A stretch of DNA of 17,914 nucleotides, taken from Octopus sinensis (taxonomy: Eukaryota). Position 1 is the stretch's first letter. Each line of letters opens with the position of its first letter. The notes under the pieces were generated by a model that was given only the letters and a program-made list of their open reading frames with translations, had not been told where the DNA came from and did no database searches. This document shows, in pieces, positions 1 through 9,781 of this stretch. A program made the translations under genes and the position numbers. The DNA is taken from the NCBI RefSeq assembly GCF_006345805.1, contig NW_021824732.1:1-17914 (forward strand), given 5' to 3'.

Positions 1-2
1 AG

Positions 3-116
3 TCCTTCCTGAAATTCCCAGCCGAAAACTGCAGCCTAGAAGACGAGCCTCATCCTAGAAGATCTGTAGAGATCCACGTAGGCATTCTGCAAATCCTGGT
101 GGAACAAAATCCCATC
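3..116 (+). pseudogene. Tc1/mariner transposase remnant (N-terminal/HTH region), truncated by a SINE fragment
   Basis: The frame from nt 3 reads SFLKFPAENCSLEDEPHPRRSVEIHVGILQILVEQNPI. This resembles the mariner transposase motif WF.KF..G..SLEDEPRSGRP.E.D...L..LVE.NP as I recall it. It runs off the window start and stops at the SINE fragment near 116. Confidence 0.65.
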
Positions 117-239
117 GGTTCGGCAAAGAGAGACCGATAGAATAAGTATCAGGCTCAAATAATAAGTAAGTCTTGGGGTCGACTTGCTGGCTAAAACCCT
201 TGAAGGTGGTGCCCCAGCATGGCCGCATTCAAACGAATG
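116..239 (+). mobile_element. SINE family 1, 3' half only
   Basis: cggttcggcaaaagagaccgatagaataagt...ggggtcgacttgctggctaaa...ggtggtgccccagcatggccgca matches the 3' halves of the copies at 2665, 4455 and 6202. Confidence 0.85.
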
Positions 240-243
240 TATG

Positions 244-244
<1 letters not shown>

Positions 245-283
<39 letters not shown>

Positions 284-296
284 ATATATATATAAT
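245..296. repeat. (TA)n microsatellite
   Basis: Directly visible. Confidence 0.98.
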
Positions 297-1012
297 TAAA
301 AATGAGGGTTTCTGAGAGACACCAACATGCCGAAATTGCAGTCGAAATTCTGACTATAAAAACCACGTTAAGTGTTCATATCGTACCATGAGATAAGACA
401 GAGGGACAAAATATACAAGCAAAAGTTATTGAATAATTCAAGATCCAGGATTTCTGGTTTTGCTTTAAATAAGCTTTACACGGCCAGTTAAATATTAATA
501 ATATTGATACTTAAATATCGATATTATCCTCATATATAAATTTATATAATTCGTTATTATATTCACTGCGGTGTTTATTTTAACCATATCGTGCTTATGG
601 GGTGTTTTGGCGGGCAATTTAACTGGCCGTGTGCATACGTACATATGTATGTATGTATGGACGTTCGTATATGTAAGTATATCGTTTGTTCTGCATATAT
701 ATATCTGTATTTATGTACCCTTGATATATTCAATTGATGACGGCAAAGCTTATTTAAAGCAAAACCAGAAATCCTGGATCTTGAATTATTCAATAATTTT
801 GCGTGTATATTTTGTCCCTTGTCTTATCTCATGGTACGATATGAACACTTAACGTGGTTTTTATAGTCAGAATTTCGACTGCTTCGGCATGTTGGTGTCT
901 CTCAGACACCCTCATTTTTAATTGTTAAAAATTATTACCTTTGTACGGTATTTTTTTCCATGCTGGCCACTTGATAATATTGATACTTAAATATCGATAT
1001 TATCCTCATATA

Positions 1013-1014
<2 letters not shown>
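294..1014. mobile_element. Fold-back composite repeat (A-B ... inverted A ... B) flanked by (TA)n; probably derived from a Penelope-like element
   Basis: 294-493 is the reverse complement of 617-632 plus 745-923, with few differences and a 112-bp insertion at 633-744. A 41-bp direct repeat ataatattgatacttaaatatcgatattatcctcatatata occurs at 498-538 and 974-1014. (TA)n tracts lie on both sides. The Penelope assignment is inference. Confidence 0.6.
305..351 (+). ncRNA. Degenerate type I hammerhead ribozyme motif
   Basis: Stem I AGGGUUUC/GAAAUUCU (8 bp with 2 GU); core remnant (C)UGA-GA lacking N7; stem II GAC/GCC (one mismatch); GAAA; self-complementary stem III AUUGCAGU; GUC cleavage triplet at 341-343. 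A further decayed mirror copy lies at 869-912 on the minus strand. Confidence 0.45.
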
Positions 1015-1057
<43 letters not shown>

Positions 1058-1091
1058 ATATATGTATGTATGTGTGTGTGTGTGTGTGTAT
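1008..1091. repeat. (TA)n-(TG)n compound microsatellite
   Basis: Directly visible. Confidence 0.97.
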
Positions 1092-1092
1092 A

Positions 1093-1222
1093 GGGAAAGT
1101 TTACAAAAAAAACAAAAGACAAAGACAGGTGGTGTACAAAACAAACAGATGTATTAGTATAACGCTCAGGAATAGAAAAAGTCTTTTACGTTTCGAGCCT
1201 ACGCTCTTCTGCAGAAAGGGAC
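1093..1222 (-). mobile_element. Hammerhead-bearing repeat fragment ending in (TA)n, copy 1
   Basis: 1093-1160 (gggaaagtttacaaaaaaaacaaaagacaaagacaggtggtgtac...gtattagtat) is homologous to 1992-2059. Both abut (TA)n/(TG)n and both carry a hammerhead-like motif upstream on the minus strand. Confidence 0.6.
1181..1222 (-). ncRNA. Minimal type I hammerhead motif with an A6C core substitution (probably inactive)
   Basis: Minus strand: GUCCCUUU-CUGCAGA-A-GAGC-GUAG-GCUC-GAAA-CGUA/AAAGAC. Perfect 4-bp stem II, GAAA, palindromic ACGU stem III, GUA triplet, stem I CUUU/AAAG. Confidence 0.55.
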
Positions 1223-1422
1223 ACAGAAAAAACAAGGAGAGAAAAACATGTGTGTAGTGGCTAACGATCTATCGTATGTATATATCTGTGTATGTATGAG
1301 AAGGAAGAGCTTGCAAACACGACTCAATAATAGTTGTTCAAATATATATTGAGACATTAGTATACTACAAAAAGCTTCACCCTCCATCATGTAAAATATG
1401 AAAAGGAGTCGGATATTCTGCG

Positions 1423-1525
1423 TATGCGTGTGTGAGTGTGTGTATATATAGATATATATGTGTGTGTGCGTATACGTGTGCATGTATGAGTGTGTACGTG
1501 TGTATGTGTGTGTATGTGTGTGTCT
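1423..1525. repeat. Degenerate (TG)n/(TA)n microsatellite
   Basis: Directly visible. Confidence 0.9.
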
Positions 1526-1991
1526 ATGAGAGATAGAGAAGCGAAGATACAGAACGGAGACAAAATTAAGCATGTTGACCATGGACACTGCACAATAACG
1601 GTTGGATCATGTGAATTGCTGATTCTTCGGTCAGCTGACAGACAGGTGATTCATTGATCCCGTGGGCAGTTTCCCGTTATATAATTCTCGGCTTCGAAAA
1701 CATTATCTCTCTCATCAGGCACTGTGACAAAATAGAATCTGCTTGTCAGCCTCTGCATAAGGCTATTTGCCGCATGGCGTTGAATCATAAAACTTCCCGG
1801 AATGAACAAATGTACCGAAAAGAAGAATTTTATTTCCAACTTGCAGAAATTGTATTATGAAGGAAAGCTACCTCAAAGAACTCAGTATGCAGTTAATTTG
1901 TCGGAGGTAGACATATTCAGCAATAAGTCACTTCTGTACACAACAGAGTACAACGCTCATAATTAGCCGTGTATATATATATATATATAAC

Positions 1992-2195
1992 GGGAAGGTT
2001 TACGAAAATAAACAAAAGACAAAGGCAGGTGGAGTACAAACAAACAAATGTATTAGTATTAGTATATATAAATGGAGTTGAACGCAGGTGTTATTCAAAT
2101 ACTTTTACTTCCGACACATGTTTCGAAGATATCACAGGTATTATTCCAAAGGAATAAAATAGTGAAAAACAATGTAACCTTCTCTTCAGGGAAGT
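1992..2195 (-). mobile_element. Hammerhead-bearing repeat fragment ending in (TA)n, copy 2
   Basis: Shares 1992-2059 with 1093-1160, follows (TA)n at 1971-1989, and carries the hammerhead at 2107-2195. Confidence 0.6.
2107..2195 (-). ncRNA. Type I hammerhead ribozyme with canonical core and long stem II
   Basis: Minus strand: stem I ACUUCC (2195-2190)/GGAAGU (2112-2107); core CUGAAGA (2189-2183); stem II GAAG/CUUC enclosing 50 nt that contain a UUAUUCC-UUU-GGAAUAA hairpin; GAAA (2124-2121); stem III ACAUGUGU (self-complementary); GUC cleavage, predicted between 2113 and 2112. Confidence 0.8.
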
Positions 2196-2269
2196 GAAGA
2201 AATGAAACTCAATAAACAGAATATGATGGATATGTATAGTGACAAGGGAAAAATACACACATTTAGTTA

Positions 2270-2296
2270 TACACACACACACACACACATGTATAT

Positions 2297-2337
<41 letters not shown>

Positions 2338-2378
2338 ACGTATGTATGTATGTATGTATGTATTTATGTATGTATATA
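2270..2378. repeat. (CA)n-(TA)n-(TG)n-(TATG)n compound microsatellite
   Basis: Directly visible. Confidence 0.95.
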
Positions 2379-2544
2379 GAATAGTATTTTATAAGCTTAA
2401 AACTTCTAGCGATCAACGCGCAATGACTAAAGAAAATAGTCTAATACTGGGCAATATAAGCCCTCGACATATACATGTGTGGGGGCGTAGTAGAAAGAAT
2501 ATAGATGACTATGTGTATGACATACATTTGTGTTCATGTATATA

Positions 2545-2601
2545 TGTATAAATATATATATATTTATATTTATATATATTATATATATATATATATATAT
2601 A
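2545..2601. repeat. (TA)n microsatellite
   Basis: Directly visible. Confidence 0.93.
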
Positions 2602-2664
2602 TGCGCATGCCTAAACATGCAACTATATGCATGAGAATACATACATAAAACAAACAAGTCTCCA

Positions 2665-3075
2665 CAGGAATGACTATGTGGTAAGTATCTTGCTTACCAA
2701 CCACATGGTTCAGGGTTATTTCCTACTGCGTGGCATCTTGAGCAAGTGTCTTCTACTATAACCTCGGGCTGACCAAAGCCTTGTGAGTGGATTTGGTAAA
2801 CGGAAACGGAAAGAATTCCGTCGTATATATGTATATATATATATATATGTGTGTGTGTGTTTGTGTACCTGTGTTTGTCCCCCCAACATCGCTTGACAAC
2901 CAATGCTGGTGTGTTTACGTCCCCGTAACTTAACGGTTCGGCAAAAGCGCCCGATAGAATCAGTACTAGGCTTCCAAAGAATAAGTCCTGGGGTCGATTT
3001 GCTTGACTAAATGCGGTGCTCCAACATGGCCGCAGTCAAATGACTGAAACAAGTAAAAGAAAAAAGAGAAAGAGA
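2665..3075 (+). mobile_element. SINE family 1, near full length (tRNA-like head, CORE-like segment, internal (TA)n(TG)n, gtaaaaga tail)
   Basis: Collinear with 4455-4894: head aggaatgactatgtggtaagt, gtggcatcttgagcaagtgtctt, 3' ctggggtcgatttgcttgactaaa...catggccgcagtcaaatgactgaaacaagtaaaaga. Confidence 0.88.
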
Positions 3076-3199
3076 AATATACATTCATACAAAAATACGC
3101 TGTTGATGTTGAAATTCCAATGAAGGAGCCTTGGAAATAGGTTAAAATGCTATTCTTTCTTTATTGGAGAGAAACCTTGAAATAAAACTGAATAATGGC

Positions 3200-3350
3200 A
3201 TACATACACAAACACACACACTCACACACACACACATGTATACATATATACATACATACATACATACATACATGCATGCATACATACATACATACATACA
3301 TACATACATACATACATACATACATACATGCATAAGTATGTACATACACA
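3200..3350. repeat. (CA)n-(TACA)n microsatellite
   Basis: Directly visible. Confidence 0.95.
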
Positions 3351-4454
3351 CCCTCTGTTCTTGAACTTTTCGTTTACTCTCTTCAATCAATGTACAGCGG
3401 CTGTCCTGGGGCGTTGCCTCGAGAAGGCTTTAGCCGATCACGAAGCTTACTTGCTTTTAAAAAAAAAATACTCCAAGAACAAAGTACCTTCGATGGTGAC
3501 CCAACGACAACACGTTAATGATTACGAGAGAAATAGAAAAAAAAATGTTTTGACAGCTGCTTACATGTGGTTCCTTTAAGCAGACGCCATTTTCACATGT
3601 TTTATCATGATTGTAGATATCTGCTTGTTGATATCTGCTTATACGAGGTTATCAGGTTTTTTTACCCTCTGTTTCTTCTTTAAAAGCTATTAGTTTTTTT
3701 TTTTCTTTTCGTTTACTTTTTTTCTTTTTTTCTTTCTAGTATTTTACAAGAAGATTTTTAATTTAATGGCATTCGTTTGATAGATTCCATTACTATGAAG
3801 ATCCATTTTGTAAGAATTGCTTCTCTATTGGTTTTTTTCCCCAATATTATTGTTCGATCTAATTTTATTTTGTTTCGTTTCTTTGTTACATGTTATACAT
3901 TTTTTATTACCGTTGTTGTGGTTTTGCATTTGGATTGATTCCTTAATGTTTATTTTGTACTTATTTATTGGTCTTATCATCAGAAAGCAAGCAGCCTTAT
4001 GGATGATCTTTTCCTTTTCATGAAGAAAAGCTTCAGCAATACGAAACTATTATTCTTTGTTTTTAATCTATATTCTTTTTACCTCGCTTACAGAAATGAG
4101 TTTAAAGGTAGATGTTTCTGTGAGATACACTGAGTACTGAAGTAGAGAGAAATGAGCTTCATAAATTTCGACGTCCTTTCAGGATAAACATTTTTCATTT
4201 CAAAATTTTAGAAAATAGGTCACAAAAACGTTTACACATAAAAAAAGTGCGTTAAGTAAAAATCCAGATATCTATAGCATATATAGAGGACAAGGAACTT
4301 TCCAAGGCGATCTAAGGATTTCACGATCTAAGGATGACTATAACATTCTAGTTTTGAAGAATGAACTTTTTTTTGGTGATGACATTTCGAAATAATCTCA
4401 TTTGGAGGATTTAAAAAGCGAAGAGATATGAAGAAATTTTCAGAGATGTACAAA

Positions 4455-4618
4455 GCGTAGGAGTAGCTGTGTGGTAAGTAGCCTGTTTACGAACCAAATG
4501 GTTCCGGGTTCAGTCCCACTGCGTGGCACCTTGGGCAAGTGTCTTCTACTATAGCCCCGGGTCGGCCAAAGCCTTGTGAGTGAATTTGGTAGATGGAAAC
4601 TGAAAGAAGCCCGTCGTA

Positions 4619-4709
<91 letters not shown>

Positions 4710-4894
4710 TGCGTATATGTTTGTGTGTCTGTGTTTTTCCCACCAGCATCGCTTAGCGGTTCGGCAAAAGTGACCGATAGAATGAGTAATAGGCTTACAA
4801 AGAATAAGTCCTGGGGTCTATTTGCTCGACTAAAGGCGGTGCTCCAGCATGGCCGCAGTCAAATGACTGAAACAAGTAAAAGAGTAAAAGAGTA
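4455..4894 (+). mobile_element. SINE family 1, full length, with a ~36-bp internal deletion
   Basis: A-box-like TAGCTGTGTGG (4464-4474) and B-box-like GGTTCAGTCCC (4507-4517); ccttgggcaagtgtctt CORE-like motif; long (TA)n(TG)n; lacks the gacaacc...cgtaac segment present in the 2665 and 6202 copies; tail gtaaaagagtaaaagag. Confidence 0.9.
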
Positions 4895-4998
4895 GATAAC
4901 TTATTTTTTATTAAACTTAACTAGTCTTGGAACCTTTTGATACCACCTCGTATATAGAGAGTTTTCCAAGGGCGGGTTCCCGGTACAAGCTTCCAAAC

Positions 4999-5197
4999 CA
5001 GTGACTCTCAACCTTTTTAATATCCGTGCCAGATCCAAAACTTGGATATTTTTAAGGGGGCCGCCCCAAAACAAAGGTAAAACACATGTCAATTAAAGGA
5101 AAATTTACTATATCTATAGAGAAAAGACTACCGGGGGCCACAGGAAGGATGCTTGATGGTCACATTCGGCCCAGGGAGTTGCGGTCGAGAACAACTG
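4999..5197. mobile_element. Degenerate hAT (Charlie-like) MITE
   Basis: Left end cagtgactctcaacc; right end ggtcgagaacaactg (reverse complement cagttgttctcgacc). Both resemble the CAGTGGTTCTCAACC-type hAT TIR. The flanking 8-mers ttccaaac and agctaaac match at 5 of 8 positions. Confidence 0.5.
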
Positions 5198-6201
5198 AGC
5201 TAAACGCATAAACACACGCTGAAAATAATAGTGAAAATGCAAGGAGAGTGTTGTAAATTTGGAAGTTTCATGTGCAGTTGATATAGGTAAGTGCTGATCA
5301 TATACATAGGCAACTGTTTCAGTGTATTGATGTTGCATTTAAGGGGTTTGCGATATAGAGATATCATTGCTTTTGATGTATTTGTTGGTGTTTCGAGTGG
5401 TTTTTTTTCATGGTGTCCAGAGAACGAATGGCGTTTTAGATAAGGTTTTCCGTTAGAGGTTCTGCAGGCATAGAAATACCTTAAACACCCAAATACATGC
5501 CACTGGATACTCTCAGTTATTTCTCTTAGCATATGTTTGTTTAAATTATGCAAATTACTTAGCTTTCTACTTTATTAGTAAAAATTTTAAGTTTTTTGGT
5601 TACTGGAAATAAAGTTGTACAACTGTCGTCCTGATAACAGCTATTGAGGCAGAAACACTTTTTCACAATCGTCCTCCTACCTCCAGACTATCCTTTTCTT
5701 TAATAGAACATCAATTTTGGAGAAATTTTGATTCTTGATATTATCTCCTTCTCAAGTGAAGCTGATCTTAATTTGGTAATTAAGACTCATCTTTCAAATG
5801 ACGGGTATAATTTTAATAAGATGAACTTATGTTTTATGGTATTTAATACACCTGTATTTGTCTATGCTGTTCATGTACATGCCATTGGCCATTCTCAGTT
5901 ATTTCTCTTAGCTTTTCTTTTTTTTTCTCACAACCATACAAACACGAAGCGCACCTCATGAACGCATGTTCGTGAGATGGTTGTGATATATAAACAGCTT
6001 TGAATAGGGACCGGAAAGAGAAGTATGAACACGCAATGTGCATGTCAAACTAAAACAGAAGAGGGGAATAAGACACGTTATATGATTGTTTGCATGCTGC
6101 ATCTGACAATTTTCTTGTTTAAATTATTTAAATTCCCTAAGCCATATTTTTTTTCTATTGTTTCGTATAAGTTCCTTAAATAAAAAGACAGAGTTACCTT
6201 C

Positions 6202-6236
6202 TAGACGAAAACTGAAAGAAGCCCATCGTATATATG

Positions 6237-6286
<50 letters not shown>

Positions 6287-6515
6287 TGTGTGTGTTTGTG
6301 TGCCTGTGTTTGTCTCCCCAACATCGTTTGACAACCGATGGTGTTGTATTTACGTTCCCGTAACTTAGCGGTTCGGCAAAAGAAACCAATAGAATAAGTA
6401 CTAGGCTTAAAAAAAATAAGTTCTGAGGTCGAATTGCTCGACTAAAGGCGGTGCTCCAGCATGGCCGCAGTTAAATGACATGAAGCAAGTAAAAGAGTAA
6501 AAGATTAAAAAGAAC
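6202..6515 (+). mobile_element. SINE family 1, 5'-truncated
   Basis: Starts at tagacgaaaactgaaagaagccc and is collinear with the other copies through the gtaaaagagtaaaaga tail. Confidence 0.88.
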
Positions 6516-6799
6516 AATTAGCCAATGCTTTTCCTAAATGACATGTCAATTTTGGGGACCGCTTGAATCTTAAAGTTATTTCCCCTTCTCGAGAGGAGCT
6601 CTCCTTAATTACCATTTGGTAATTACGACATGATACGTTCTCTAGAGGCGGAGACAATTTTAATTAATCAAGAACTTATGTCGTATGGCATTTGACATAA
6701 CTGTATTATTTGTCTATGGCGTAACGCAAAACACCGCCGAATGCCTCACACCTCTCGAGCTTCAACAGGTGACACACCTTAATCAGCAAAAAAAATCAT

Positions 6800-6862
6800 C
6801 ATAAACACTAACACTACAACTACTACCACAACAACTACAACAAGAACATTGACAACGACTGC

Positions 6863-6909
<47 letters not shown>

Positions 6910-6968
6910 TGGTGGTGGTGGTGGTGGTGGTGATGGCGGTGGCGGTGGTGGTGCTGGTGGCGTTGATG

Positions 6969-7032
<64 letters not shown>

Positions 7033-7038
7033 TAGTAG
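6800..7038. repeat. (ACT/ACA)-rich tract followed by (AGT)n-(GGT)n-(AGT)n
   Basis: Directly visible. Confidence 0.95.
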
Positions 7039-7383
7039 CACAGCTGAAATATCAACAGCAGGGTGAAAGCTAATGAAAGAGGTGTTAGTGCCAAAGATGG
7101 ATACTTTATTTCATTCTGGTACGAAGCATCAATTTAGTGAGATTACAGATACCCAGCCCACTATCATTTCCTCCTCCTCATCCGCCTCCTCCTAATTCTA
7201 ACCGTAACCGCCCCCATATCTTTCTATCTTCTCTTAATTTTACTTCGTTGTCTTATTATTTTTTTTGTTTAGTTTTTTTTTTTCTTTTTTAGTTTGTTTT
7301 GTTTGTTTCATTTTATTCCTTCCTTCCTTCCTTTGTTATCTTTTCCACACGTTACCTCTTTTGCATGTTGTCCTACCTTCAGT

Positions 7384-7394
7384 CTCTCTCCCCC

Positions 7395-7429
<35 letters not shown>

Positions 7430-7752
7430 CCTCTCGTCATATATATATATATATATATATATCTGTGAGTGCATGTGCGTGTGCGTGTGTGTATGACTTG
7501 CATGTATACATATATGTATGTGTGTATATATATATATATGTGTGTGTGTAGGTATACACACTCACATACATATATAAACATAAATATGCATATATACGTG
7601 TGTGTACGTACTTATATATGTATATATACATATATATACAAACATATATACATATATATGTGCATATATATATATACATATATACATATATATATATCGT
7701 TTCTTTTCATAGTCTCTCTCCCTCTCACTCTCTATCTCTCTTTCCATGAGTG

Positions 7753-7822
<70 letters not shown>

Positions 7823-7914
7823 TGTATGTATGTATGTATGTATGTATCAGTTTTCGTGATAATCTCCCTCTTTTTCTTTCGCCTTTCCTCTCACTCATTC
7901 TCTTTATTTCTCAT

Positions 7915-7950
<36 letters not shown>
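7384..7950. repeat. Compound (CT)n/(TA)n/(TG)n/(TATG)n microsatellite field
   Basis: Directly visible. Confidence 0.93.
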
Positions 7951-7954
<4 letters not shown>

Positions 7955-8187
7955 ACCCATTTCTCTCCTTCTCTCTCACTACCAGTCCTCCCTTTCACTC
8001 TATCAAATTCCTTCACATTCCTCTCATTCTCCGAATAATGGCGGTGTATCTCGGGTGGAAAAGGTGAGTGGGCTGGAATAACTGTGATGCGAATAGTCTT
8101 AATCACGATTTGTGAGAAATAAATTCTTCCATTTCTGATTCTTTGTGCTTTATTTTATGCCATGGACGTTTTACCATTGTTGTTGTT

Positions 8188-8294
8188 GTTGTTGCTGTTG
8201 TTGTTGTTGCTACTAGTGTCGTTGTTGCTGTTGTTGTTGTTGCTACTAGTGTCGTTGTTGCTGTTGTTGTTGTTGCTACTAGTGTCGTTGTTGC
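8188..8294. repeat. 33-bp minisatellite, three exact copies plus a partial copy, in a (GTT)n field
   Basis: gttgttgctgttgttgttgttgctactagtgtc at 8188, 8221 and 8254. Confidence 0.95.
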
Positions 8295-8439
8295 TATCGT
8301 TGTTGCTGTCATTGTTGGTTTTTCTTATGGCGTTTGTTGTCTTTGTTGCATGTTGGTGTGGTTGCTGTCGTTATTGTTGGTGTTGTTGTCGGGGGGAGGT
8401 CATGGGGGGAGTGATAAAGGTAATGGTTGTGGTAAAGGT

Positions 8440-8765
8440 GAGCGATAGTGGTAGTGGAGGTGGAGGTGATGGTGGTGATGGTGGTGGTGGTGGTGGTGGT
8501 AGTGGTGGTGGTGCTGCTGCTGCTGCTGGCCCTGGTTGTGATGGTGGTTTTTGTACATGACGTCCCCGATGAGTGCAAAGCCGAAGACGACGACAACAAC
8601 GACGATGATGATAATGATAATAGTGGTGGTGGAGGTGGTGGAGGTGGTGGAGGTGGTGGGGTTAGTGGTGGGGGGTGATGATGATGAGGATGATGATGAT
8701 GATAGTGGTGGTTTGGTGGTGGTAATGACGATGGAGGTCGTGATGATAATGGTGGTGGTGGTGAC

Positions 8766-8804
<39 letters not shown>

Positions 8805-8876
8805 AGTGGTGGTGTGGTGGTAGTAGTAATGACGATGAAGGTGGTGATGATAATGGTGGTGGTGGTGGTTGTGGTG

Positions 8877-8927
<51 letters not shown>

Positions 8928-8950
8928 GTAATGATGACGGTGATGATGAT
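8440..8950. repeat. (GGT)n/(GAT)n low-complexity field with a ~105-bp higher-order repeat
   Basis: gtaatgacgatg(g/a)aggt(c/g)gtgatgataatggtggtggtg followed by (GAT)n occurs near 8722 and 8826. Confidence 0.9.
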
Positions 8951-9072
8951 CTATCTCATACCTATCTTTCTTCCCCTATCTCTTTCGCTTTCTTCTCAAC
9001 TCTGTAAAAAAAAAAAAAAGATGTGAATAATTTGAAAGAAACATTGATAATTACTAATTTATCAACCCTGCT

Positions 9073-9600
9073 ATCATCACCACCACCACAACCACTACCA
9101 ACCCTAACACCGCCACTATCGCAAGAAGTGCAAGCAACGACTACAACCACAACTGCAACAACGCCAAGAACATCATCGTCGTAACCACCACCAATAACAT
9201 CACGTCTACTATCACCACCAGCATCACAACCTCTACCACCATGCCACCACTATCACCACCACCACCACTAACACCACTACCTTCACCAGTACCATCACTC
9301 CTACCACTGCCACCGTAACCCTACCCACCTAGTAACCACTCAGACCACCAACATTACCATCTCGACCGCATCCCCACCATCATCCGGTTATCCTCTTACA
9401 GTCACTAGCGACATTATGACCACTACTACCACTAACACTACAATCACTTACCAACACTGTCACCGCTATTACCACGTTAATTACTATCATCACTACCTTT
9501 ACTACTACCACTACTACTACTACTACTAACACCGCAACAACGACCACTGCTACCCTTGGGTACCTCACTACTACTACTACCCCAACAATCACCGTCACTA
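9073..9600. repeat. Degenerate (ACC)n/(ACT)n low-complexity field
   Basis: Directly visible. It is the complementary motif class to 8440-8950. Confidence 0.88.
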
Positions 9601-9719
9601 GTATAATCCCGAATATTTTGCTACCACTATAATTGTTAAGCACCAGTCGAGCACAGGGATCGCTGTAGCGATTAGCTCCTCCCTCAAAATTTTAGGTCTT
9701 GTGCCTATAGTAGAAGGAA

Positions 9720-9726
9720 TTATTAA

Positions 9727-9778
<52 letters not shown>
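9720..9778. repeat. (ATT)n microsatellite (further tracts at 10329-10419 and 10969-11040)
   Basis: Directly visible. Confidence 0.97.
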
Positions 9779-9781
9779 GTA

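Noticed and set aside
1690-1728. Minus-strand CUGAUGA followed by a possible stem II GAGA/UUUC
   Set aside because: It is followed by GAAG rather than GAAA, and I find no stem I partner or NUH triplet. At best a very decayed remnant.
3977-3983. Other isolated CUGANGA words (3983-3977, 10615-10609 and 13707-13701 minus; 12279-12285 plus)
   Set aside because: No stem II, GAAA and stem I arrangement around them; the last two lie within SINE heads.
5200-5553. 117-aa minus ORF with a zinc-finger-like look (YACRTSNGKPYLKRHSFSGHHEKKP)
   Set aside because: It lacks the second cysteine and the C-x12-H spacing of a C2H2 finger, and there are no tandem fingers.
1066-8067. ORFs rich in YI/CV/HT dipeptides, including the 189-aa ORF at 7469-8038
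   Set aside because: They are translations of (TA)n, (TG)n, (CA)n and (TATG)n tracts.
6783-9643. ORFs with poly-Y, poly-T, poly-V, poly-M and poly-S runs
   Set aside because: They are translations of trinucleotide microsatellites, open in several frames on both strands.
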